Below are positions 51,401 through 62,375 of a DNA stretch of 64,000 nucleotides, one piece after another. The notes under the pieces are model-generated. The model made no database searches. It was not told where the DNA came from and was given only the letters and a program-made list of their open reading frames with translations. Both the position numbers and the translations under genes were made by a program. Numbering within the stretch: the first letter of the stretch is position 1; every line of letters begins with the position of its first letter. This DNA comes from Strigamia acuminata (taxonomy: Eukaryota): assembly GCA_949358305.1 (NCBI GenBank), contig OX442314.1, positions 14,384,001-14,448,000 of the forward strand, in the 5' to 3' direction.

Positions 51401-53362
51401 GAAAAATGTTACCCGCATTATCCGCATTGTTCTCGGTGATACTACTTAAATTGCTATTCTCATTAAAGGCATCAGGATTGTTACTGAAGGTCTGTGGCGA
51501 CAACTGTAAATCTTGATTGTTTTCCATATAAGTATCTTGCCCAGTATCACCATCAAATAGATCTAAGCACGAGTTATTCCCCGTGCCACTCGTGGAAACC
51601 CCCAAATTCCCCATCAGTCCCTCGTCCAGACCACTCAAAGATCCAACATTCACATCAAATACCGAATCCGCGTAATTGATGGCACTCAACATGGCATCCC
51701 TTTGGTAACGCAAAACATCTTGATGGCTGGCACTGCTCCCTGCTGGACTAGGGTGGTTGCGATCTTGAACGTTTGACACATTTCCAACGGACAACGGCGA
51801 CATTCCTTTATCTAGTCCTAACACCAAGTCCGCAAACACGCCCAATTTGTCCGGTTTTTCTTGGTCCGAGCCCGGAGAAAACGCACCGAAAGTTTTGGGA
51901 CTCGCTCCAGATTCGGGAGCACTTACTGGCCGAGAATGGAGCGCCGATGACGAGTTGCACACGTCGTCTTTCTCTTCCTTGATATACACAGACCCTCTCG
52001 TCGAAAACTGACTGTCATACATTGCTGCGGATGAACAAACGTCGTTTTTTTCTTCTTTGATGTACGTGGATCCTCGTGTAGCGAATTGATTATCTTGATA
52101 CATGAATATATTTGTGGGGGTTCCATACGGCACTTGAAAAGTTTGGTTTGAAAGCCCGATTGGAAAGTCTTGTAATTCCTGCAGAAAAACAACAGAACTT
52201 TTTAAATTTCAACCCAACCCAACACGTGAACATGTGTTGTAAACATATCAGTCTATCTCAACATCTACACTCTGGATGTAAATAAAATTTGCAATTTCAA
52301 TCTATTATTTCAGCTGTTTTAGTTTTCCAACGTTGAGAAATAACAGACTGGATTAAAAATTCAGATTTGTCTAGCAAACTCGTGCAGAAATATGCCAAAC
52401 TGTGAGCTTTTAGGCCTATTTTATCCAAATTCACAAATACGAATAATACAAATAAATAAAATGCATTTTTATGTAGTTTTCATCGTGATTCACACAACCA
52501 AATTGAATACAAGTATAGAAATTGGATCAAAATTTAGAAAATAAAAAAAAAATAAAAAAAAATATAAAAGTAAAAGTAAAAGAAGAAGCGGTAAAGCAGG
52601 TTTGAGGTTGCTGACTGGTTCTACGTTGTTTTGTTTTGTTTTGTGACATACCGACATTCTATCGACTGAATTTAGTGATGGCATTTGAGACGGCATCATG
52701 GCAAAATTTTGGTTTGACACCGGAGGTTTGGAAGGATCACTCATAACTACATCACTCTGCAAACAAAACAAAAAAGAGTTTTTTCTTTTAAATCATAAAA
52801 CAAAAAGAAAATATAAATAAAATGCAGAACAATTTTTTTTTGCACATTTTAGGCCAATATTTATGTCGTTGAATTTATAGAAAGTGCAGGTTTTTATACT
52901 CGGAATAGGTCAAGGTCATTTACCAAGAAGCACCACAATTATTTTACAAAAAAAAAGGGAAAAAAATTACAAAATCTATCCCAACACAAATTTTGATAAG
53001 AACAAAACAATAAAAAAAATAAACATTAACAAAATTAAGACTAAATAAATAAACATTGTATTTTTTTATACTCTTTTATTGCGGTGTAATATTTTTGCTC
53101 CAACTTTCAAAGTTTCATCTATTTTGAATTCGTGCAACAAAGGAAAAGCTTAAATAAATTAAAACCCAACAGGTTTTGGTGCTTACATATCCCACATATA
53201 AAATCCCCCCATCAAACACGTGCGGATTCCATCAAATTATTTCAAAAAAAAATTTTAAAAAAAATTTAAAAAATCATCAAAAAAAGCACGTTGATGGTAC
53301 GGCAAAATGCAAACATTCAAACTGAAATGTTTCAACCATTTCTAATTTAATATCATTACCAT
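45498..53362 (-). CDS. TRERF1: TRERF1/MIDEAS(ELMSAN1)/ZNF541-family ELM2-SANT C2H2 zinc-finger corepressor, multi-exon
   Basis: C2H2 fingers ([47 protein letters not shown]), KHRPEPLFIPP, PPPYTPPPMLSPVRNGSGLF, ELM2 (CCAAIPGGGRNKEYAL), SANT (KTVKQCVQFYYLWKK) and terminal FPCKVCG..VFPKVKSRSAHMKSH. Start is either an ATG-only exon at 53360-53362 or ATG 52744. Confidence 0.88.
50200..50650 (+). mobile_element. Possible highly decayed 3' fragment of a LINE (L2/CR1-like) ORF2 in an intron
   Basis: Interrupted peptides in the expected order: (E)FL.GVY, FRYCKLFG, TPSQAFRSLN..IFNMLMFMH, WNLIS. These resemble the KFLGV / YCxxVWG / PLFKxLxIL / WNxLP motifs of LINE ORF2. Many stops and frameshifts. Confidence 0.35.
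51058..51172. mobile_element. Short Tc1/mariner-type MITE remnant
   Basis: TA|CAGTGTGTCTAAATTAAATGTATAGGTACATAT ... ATATGTAGGCTTATACACTTTTTGAGGCACCCTG|TA; imperfect terminal inverted repeats, TA-flanked. Confidence 0.6.
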
Positions 53363-54156
53363 CTGTCAATTAATTAGCCATCCTTCCATGCTGTACTGGT
53401 GTTTTTTTCCCTCGCTCTCTCTCTTTTGTCAAGACTCGCAAGAGGGAGTTGAACGACAAGTAATAAGAAAATTCCCTCCATAATCAAAACCAAAACGGAA
53501 ATGTGCGTGTGCAAAATTGAACAAGAGTGCCAGCACCTTATTAAACTCGTAAAGCGCCCTAGTCAGCAAGATTTAATCACAAATAACCTCGTAATGCCAC
53601 TTTATCAACGGGGTTATCCATCGCTCGCACCACACGGACCGGAGTTGAAATTCTACCACAAGCGGCGCGCTATCATCAGAAGGGAAGGACGAGTGGGTCG
53701 AAAGAAGCTCCCCTTTGGTGACACACCGTGATGCAATCGTGCAATAAGTAACTATTATGTATTCTTTTAAGGTGCATTTTTGCATTTACTCACTTGGTTT
53801 CCTAAGATTCGTTTCTTTTGGGAATTGCAATCGTAAAAAATATAGTTGTCTACATGGGTTGTGTAGCCATCCACTTAACATCATCTACGTATTTACTCAT
53901 AACTTGTATAGTTAATGGTAGTGCACTTTAAGAAGTAGTTCCAATCTGTTTGGTGATTAACGCGCGGAAACGATGCCCGGTTTTGTGAGGAATTTAACAT
54001 TGAATAGAATTAATTACATTTTTGCAGCAAGTTTTCGTGCGATGATTGATTTACATTGTTTTTGCCAAACTTCGGATGAATATTTTTTCTCATTCCAGTG
54101 ATCAGTCTGCGCGCTGAGACTGCCGGGAAAATTTACGTCATTTTCGAAATTTCAAA

Positions 54157-57100
54157 ATGGTTGACGATTGTGAGCGTAAACAGAGGAATTCGGATGATAT
54201 GACGTCTGAAGGTAAACTTTTACATTCGTTAACAGCTGCTTGGGCATACTAGGGACAAATCGTCGTGCTAATGCAACTGTTTAATTGGCACCTGAAAAAT
54301 GATAGCATGATAGCTATAATTTAAAATAATCATTGCTCCGATTGTAAGCCTAACCTTCCAATTTTGGACCATCCGGGCAGTACAGTTATTAACAAACTTC
54401 CTAGCAGCAATCTGACCTAAAATTAATGCGTTTTAATCCTAATTATATTTGATTAAAATTATCTAAACCCATGACAGCTAATTCTTCCAAAATCTAACTT
54501 TAATTTATTCACCAGCTGTAGCTCAATGTGGGTGGGCACAGAAATTCCGTGTAATTTATAATTATTATGTAATAATATTAGAATTTAATTCAAATGTAAT
54601 TGCGATGAAAGACAAATGTATAGTTAATGCTTAATTTTCAAAGCTGTTTCGAATTGATGAGGGTTTTTTTTAACAAAAAAAATTAAATATTTAATAAGAT
54701 TTTTTTAAATTTTAAAAGTGAATTCATTAATTTAATCGATCAATATTTATATTATGCAGTGATGATTTCCAAATCCTGTGTTCTGCCTCACTGATCCCGA
54801 CCAGCAACAATCTCTACTTGATATAACGAAATAATAAAAAAATAAAGTTGATTTTTCTACTTTAAAGTTTTCCAAGAATAAAGTAAACTTATTTTATATA
54901 TAAAAAAAAAATGTCTAATAGCATATACCTCCCAGTCCCAGGTTGGTTATTAGCTTTAAAAAAAATCGTGTTTTATCAATAAAATAAAATAAAAAATGTG
55001 TTTTAAAATAATTATTTCTTTTTTCTTGTCATTTTTAGTGTCGAGAGGAGAAATTCCTGGAAAACCTATTCAAGTTGTCGACGCAGGTGACAACCATACC
55101 TTCAATTTAAATGTCGAGGCTTTGGAGTCGGTTCTGCTGCAAAAACACGTCCGTGATAAACATGTCGTCGTAATTTCTGTTGCTGGTGCCTTTAGAAAGG
55201 GAAAGTCGTTTTTATTAGATTTTTTTATTCGCTATCTTCAAGCGCAGGTGAACATTATAATTTGAAAGGCTAAAAAATTGGAGTAAAATTGACTAATTTT
55301 GGTTTTTTCTTTTATTTTGTTGAATTTTTAGGGTACGTCAGATTGGATGGGCAGTAAAGCAGTGCCGCTGACTGGATTCACATGGAGAGGGGGCAGTGAA
55401 CGTGATACAACTGGAATTTTGCTCTGGAACGAGATTTTTATTGTTCCGCTTCCGAATGGAGAGCAGGTGAGAATGAAATCTGTTTTGTGTTAATGAATTG
55501 TTATTATCGTCGTTGTTTCGCAGGTTGCTGTTATATTAATGGATACTCAAGGCGCATTTGATAGCGAATCAACTGTAAAGGACTGTGCTACAGTGTTTGC
55601 GTTAAGCACAATGCTGAGTTCAGTGCAAGTTTTTAATTTGTCTCAAAATATTCAAGAGGATGATCTGCAGCATTTGCAGTTGTTCACTGAGTATGGGCGC
55701 CTCGCTTTAGAAGACACGGGCGACAAACCGTTTCAAGTAAAATTACTACAAAAACAAAACTGAATATCTGTTTATTTATACATTAATTAATTTATTAGAA
55801 ACTACAATTTCTTGTACGTGACTGGAGTTTTCCGTACGAAGCTACGTACGGATTAAAAGGAGGAGATAAAATATTGGAACGACGGTTACAAATTAATGAC
55901 AAGCAACATGCCGAGTTGCAGCAATTACGACGCCATATTCGATCTTGTTTTAGCAGCATTGAATGTTTTTTGATGCCTCATCCTGGTCTCAAAGTAGCTA
56001 CAAATCCTAAATTTGATGGTCGACTTTCAGGTTAAGTTTTGATAATGATTTGTTTTTGATTGATTTAAAAATAATTTTTCGTTTTGATGGTTTTTAGATA
56101 TTGATTCAGAGTTTCAAGAGCAGCTTAGTATTTTAGTGCCTTCTTTGCTTTCGCCGGATAAATTAGTAGTGAAACAAATCAATGGAAAACAAGTCACTGC
56201 CAGAGAGTTATTAGAATATTTCAAGGTATTATTAAACGTTTTATTATTTTTTTTAAATGTTATTGTTAATGGATTGTTATGGGTTTTGATAGGCGTACAT
56301 AAAGATTTACCAAAGTGATGTTCTTCCTGAGCCAAAGTCCATGCTGCATGTAAAAATTTTCGATTGAACATTTAAAAGGAAATTCTAATGACGATTTTTT
56401 TTTAGGCAACTGCGGAAGCTAATAATCTAGCGGCTGTTGCAAATGCAAAGGCTTTTTATAACAACGCAATGGAAATAGTAAGCAGGGCGTTTATTTTTGA
56501 ATTATTTAATTTGAAATAATTTTTGTGTTTGTTTGGGAAAAGATTTGTGGTGGTGACAGACCTTATTTGAACACGAATGCTATTGAAGATCAACATCTAA
56601 GGATCAAAGAAAAAGCTATTCATCAGTTTCGGAATACGCGAAAAATGGGAGGAGAAGAGTTCTCAAAATCATACGAAGAAAGATTGGATACAGTACGAAA
56701 TGATAAACTAGAATTTATCTCGTTACTACTGATCTTTGCATTTTCAGGAGTTGGAGGAGACTTATTGCAATTTCTTGAAGTTCAACGAAAGCAAAAATGT
56801 TTTCAAAGCATTTAGAACTCCAGCAGTGTTGTTTACTGTGGTGGTAATAACGTATCTGTTGTCAAGTATATTTGGTGCAATTGGAATATATATCTTGGCG
56901 AATTTAATTAATATGTTCATGGGCATGGCGTTGCTTATGCTTTGTCTATGGGGTTACATTAGGTAAAATTGTCGCAGTTTGAGACAAGCCAAAAAATTCT
57001 AACGTTTTGTTTTAATATTTAGATATTCGGGTGACTTACGAGAAATTGGGAATAACATCGACTTCTTCGCGGCTAGTTTGTGGGAAAATGTAAGTGAGAT

Positions 57101-57324
57101 TTGAGTAATAATTTGGTAAAATGAATGCAGTTTTACTATTTTTATTACAGGCAAGACTTGGGTAATAGTTTGGTAAAAAGAATGTAGTTTTACTGTTTTT
57201 ATTGCAGGCTTTGAAACCTGCTTATATTCGCATCGTTTGCGCTGGCATAATCCCGCCTGAATTAGTGTCAGCAACTCCTCGACAGTCTGCTAGAAGTTTA
57301 GGCTGCTCGATGAAACCATCTTGA
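54157..57324 (+). CDS. atl: Atlastin (ER-fusion dynamin-like GTPase), multi-exon
   Basis: [103 protein letters not shown], two TM segments, YIRYSG. ATG 54157, stop TGA 57322-57324. Confidence 0.95.
57090..57207 (+). repeat. Tandem duplication of the last atlastin intron (61 nt + 57 nt), each copy ending in a 3' splice site
   Basis: GAGATTTGAGTAATAATTTGGTAAAATGAATGCAGTTTTACTATTTTTATTACAG versus AAGACTTGGGTAATAGTTTGGTAAAAAGAATGTAGTTTTACTGTTTTTATTGCAG. Confidence 0.9.
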
Positions 57325-59335
57325 TGCCATCAACCGATGAGCTCATTTCACTTGTTATCAACTGTTTGAATGTTGTCTCAAATTTGATGATGCAATTGAA
57401 AATTCCACCTGCCAGTATTTTTTAAAAGACTAAACTTTTTCGGGGAGTTTTGTTTTGTTTCTTGTTCTTTTTTTTCTGTTTCAAATTTGAGTGTAATAAC
57501 AGAAGTGTGTTGTGCATGCACATTGGGTGAGGGCATACGTAAGCAAATGAATATTTTATAATGATTTTTTTCAATTATTTATATTGATTAATAATTTGAT
57601 GTCAATCGAAAAATTATTTTTTGTGTATACTGAAGTGAATAAGAATATGTTAAGAGTAATCTATTTTGGTAAAAGATAATTAGAAGTGATGTCTATTCGT
57701 CCCCTAAATTTGAATATACGTGATATTAAAAAAAAAAATTAAATTAAATCCCACATCCCTCAGGAAAAATGCAAATTTTGCTCAAAAATTGAACGTCGCA
57801 CGAAGGAATCTGAGTTGTTATAAAAGAGAATATTCAGTGGTCACAAACGATTGTGCAATTGAGTTAATTAATTGTGACAGTTTTGTTTCAGCTGTTTAAT
57901 ACTTTCTAAATCAATCAATTTTAAATCAGCAATACAGCCGAGTCAATAGCAGTAAGGTGTAAATACGCTAAAAAGCCTTTAAATTAAAGGCACAAATTGA
58001 CTGCATCAGTCATAGTGATTTATGTAGAAGATTGTAATCGTTAAAAAGCCGGTCTCTAAATTATTGTGGCTAACATAATAAAACTCAGATTGTGACAAAA
58101 CTGTATTTAATTGTTATTCACTGTACTCATTAAAAATCATGTTAAAACTGCAACTTGGTGCCGAATTTCAACTTAAAATTGTTTGTTTTTTCCATTATTC
58201 ATTCAAAATTTTTCATGTTTTTATGATCCATTATAGACAATCTATACCAATAACCATTTAACCAACAGAATGCTCATTACATTTTTTAGTACAAGTGAAT
58301 TATTCAAAGTCTAAATTGTGAAAAGTGAGGTTGGTACGATGACTGGCTCGAGTGTTCTGACATATCAAAAATCTTTTAATTTCTTTTTTTTTCTTGAACA
58401 TAAAAACTTTACCATTATTCATGTGCTTACTAGGTAATTAAAATTTTAATCTTTTTATTGACAAAATGTAAAAATGTGATTTGAAACTGTAAAAAATAAA
58501 ATCTAAACTACCAAATCATCCTGTTATGTTGAAAATTCCCGGAATGTTCATTTTTCGAGCTTCAAATAAATCAACAAAAAATAAAATAATAATAATAATA
58601 AAAACGTGTAAATTACGAAAAATTGGAAACTGAAAGTCGACTTATGATTATCAATCACAAGATTTATTCAGTATTATAAAGTTCAACATCCAGTAATCAG
58701 ATAAGAAATCAATCGCTCGATCCGACCATTGGATTGGCACTAGGATCATTCAGCTTTTCAATTTTGAATACACAACCTGCAATGCCTGTAATTCACTTAT
58801 AAGTACAGCAAGTTAAAAAGAAGAAAAACAAATAAAATGGCAGCCACTCTGCTTTCAAGATGACTAGAGAAGTTGCGCTTGTGTCGAATAAAGAGAAAAT
58901 AATACTGAAAAGCAGCTTATTTAGATTAGACAGTTAGAAGAAACAGACATAATAAGCATCTTCTGTACTTTTTTTTAAAAAGGTTTTCAATGAACCGAAA
59001 GATGCTGACTGAGATTCTGAGATAACTCAGATTTTTTTTTAACTTGCATATACGGATAAGGGATAATGTTTCAAAAAAAAGAAAGAGAAAAAAAATTGGA
59101 ATGTGATGCATAAAGCCATTTTATCTGTACACAAAAAAGCAAGGGTAGCAATATCTTAGAAGGGAGACTTAAGTACTGCATATAATACACAACACATTTG
59201 AATGGAAGCTCTCTTTTGTATAGATTGGATAACATTGAGCTGGCTACCAGCCAAATACCATTCCCTTTTGTCGACTAAGGTAAAATTGAACGCAAAATGT
59301 GAGAGACATTACAAAAATAAAAGTTTATATATATA

Positions 59336-60099
59336 CAGGGTGGAACAAAAGTCTGTTCCCCCCTCAAATATTTTCTCAGCAATTGCATCTAGGCCAACTT
59401 TGATGAAGCGATCGTATAGGAAGTTGGGTGAGAGCAATCCAATGATGTCATCAAATTTGACCTTGAAGGCCATTTTCAAGGTTATTCACTTGCTAACTTC
59501 TAAACCAATCAGGTTAGAGCAAAAAAGTCAATTACAAAGTTGTAGAGCATCATCAAATTAGTACTATCCAACTTATCTTAGTCATCTTAAGTTAAATGTT
59601 TTCCTTTTCAAAAGGAGACAAATCAGAAAAAAATCAGCAAAGTGAAATTTTTTATTCTTGTGATAAAATAATTATTAGGGCATTAAAAAAAGGCAGTGGT
59701 TGTTCTTGTTTACTTGCATAATGATACACATTTGAATATGTTTATTTAAGTAATTCAGTATTTTTGTGATAGAAATTTAAGTTTTGTCACAATGGCTGGC
59801 TTTATTTCAGCTGATTTGTCTTCTTTTTAAAAGGAAAACATTTAACTTAAGATGACTAAGATAAGTTGGATAGTACTAATTTGATGATGCTCTACAACTT
59901 TGTAATTGACTTTTTTGCTCTAACCTGATTGGTTTAGAAGTTAGCAAGTGAATAACCTTGAAAATGGCCTTCAAGGTCAAATTTGATGACATCATTGGAT
60001 TGCTCTCACCCAACTTCCTATACGATCGCTTCATCAAAGTTGGCCTAGATGCAATTGCTCAGGAAATATTTGAGGGGAACAGACTTTTGTTCCACCCTG
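59336..60099. mobile_element. 764-bp Tc1/mariner-type MITE (foldback) with ~290-bp near-identical terminal inverted repeats
   Basis: TA|CAGGGTGGAACAAAAGTCTGTTCCCC...AATCAG (59336-59626) is the reverse complement of CTGATT...GGGGAACAGACTTTTGTTCCACCCTG|TA (59811-60099). ~185-nt AT-rich spacer, no transposase. Confidence 0.93.
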
Positions 60100-62375
60100 T
60101 ATATTAAATAATTGTCTATAGAAATGTTTAGGTTCTATTTTTTTCTTCTTTTTTTTTTTGGAAGTGCTCGTCACTCGGGTATTAATCAGATAACATAATT
60201 AGAAGTGGCAACTTGTCTGACGGAAATAAATTAATTAATAATGTTAAAAACAAATAACCTCTCACTATAATTAAATCTGTTGCAGTTCAACGGGAATGGA
60301 TGACAGCAAACATAAGATAAATGTCTCCCTTTCAGATTTGGTGGAGGAAGTGAGAATTGAGATAAAAGGAAGTACATCTTAAAATCCCATAAAACCAAAT
60401 TATTCAGATATACATTCAAAATTGTTAATTACACTAATATTTACAAACGTTTATCATTTCGGGAGTTAAGAAATATACAACTAAAAGATAATTAATATAT
60501 TTTTTTCTTTTTTTTCTTTTTCGTTCGTATTAATTTTTAAGTAAAATCATTAAATCAATTTGTACCGTTATTGCTGAAAACAGTGTAAACAAGTGGCAAA
60601 ACTAAATTATAAGCTTAGGAAAATGATTTATCAGAATACCAACAAACATTTAAAATGGTATAGTTTATAGATTTCACATTAAGATTGTATTTTCCCCCTT
60701 CACTCTCTTATTATGCCTCATTAAAGTTTCATTAGCAAACCACTGCAGATGCAAAATATTTCCTAATTATGCAGTTAACCTAAAACTAGTTTCTTGTTCT
60801 AAATTCTTTTTGAGATCATTTTTGTTTTTTTTTAAATTTTTACAAGTACAAAATAAAACAAAAGTGGAAAAAGAGTTCCATTATTCACGAATGCATTTTT
60901 GCGGAATGTCAAGGCACTTCATCCCAAGAGCCATGCAAAAGAAATGCGGACAACTATATAACAATAATGCTGACTGAATGCTGCTTTTCAACTACTCGTA
61001 TAGTGTCAAAGCTAATAGTTTCCTCTCTTTGTGACCTAATTTTCAATTAAAATGCAAGATAATTAAAAATTATAAAGCAAGAATTAAACACATTTGTACA
61101 AATCGTGTTACCTAAAAACCAAGGACAATTTTATATTAAAATGGATTACAAAATACAATTAAATCACAATTTAAAAAAAATTAGTATGTTCCAATTTAAT
61201 ATTTCGTAATAATAATAATAATAATAATATAATAATAATAATTAAAAAATAAACAAATTAAAAAAAATTTGACTTCTGGTCAAAGATTTTGTAATTATAA
61301 ACTCCAATCACAGATCGAAGAAAACATCAGGTTTGTTGTATCATAATAGAAATGATAATGATAATGATAATAATAATAATTACTAATAGAAATATTATTA
61401 TTATTACAATTATATTACCATTACAGTAATAATTAAAAAAAGATTTTGATTTTTTTTATACATTAATTCCAAATGATTTACCTTCATTTCACTCAAATCA
61501 TCACAATTTGTTCATTATGCCGAGATAAATCACAACATCAGCACCATGGAATGCTTTCATATTGCCTTTTCAGCATTTCGTTGAGTATGTTCTAACTTTC
61601 ACTTTCTTTTTATTTATTCAAATCAATTAAATACTTAAGGACCATGCTGCCTGCAGTCAGTAACAAGTAGAATTTAAAAAAAACATAAAATCAAAATTCT
61701 ATAATGTTAGCAATTATCAACATTATTTCTCATCTTTTATTCAGTAAAATACTGACCAAATTTGAAGACAAATATAAAAATCAAGGAAAAGAGAGATACT
61801 AAGAGCGGACCAGCAGCACAAACATGTATCCACACACTCAAAATCATGAAATTAAAAAAACAATACAAACATTTTCACTGTGAAATTTAAAAAAAAAAAA
61901 AACTACCGTACCTATTCTAAATGTTGCATTTTGTATTCCTTTTTGTACATCAATATTTTAATGCCTAACAAATTAATTTTAAAAGGGAAAAAATTCGAAA
62001 GTGATTGATGAAACCATACAACAATCTCTCAGGGTGAATATGGAACCAACACAATTCTTTTTCTAAGTAATTCATTTTTTTGTTGTTGTTTTACCTTAAA
62101 AAAAATGTCAATTCTCCCCAAACATGCAAACAAACACACACACATATACACACATACAAACAATAATGTCATAAACTTGTTACACACTCGCACATGTTTG
62201 ATAATATGGATTAGTATTATTATTATTACATTGTTGTAAATTTCCAGCCAAATGCGACGTTTACTTAAATTTTGTAAGCCGAAATCAATCAATCAATCAA
62301 TTCGCAGATACGAAAAGACGTTTTCCATGCAACACTTTCAAATTATTTCTGTATGCGTGTGTGTGTCTGATGGCG

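Noticed and set aside
59202..59561. 119-aa ORF entering the MITE
   Set aside because: Spans the insertion boundary and has no DDE or HTH transposase motifs.
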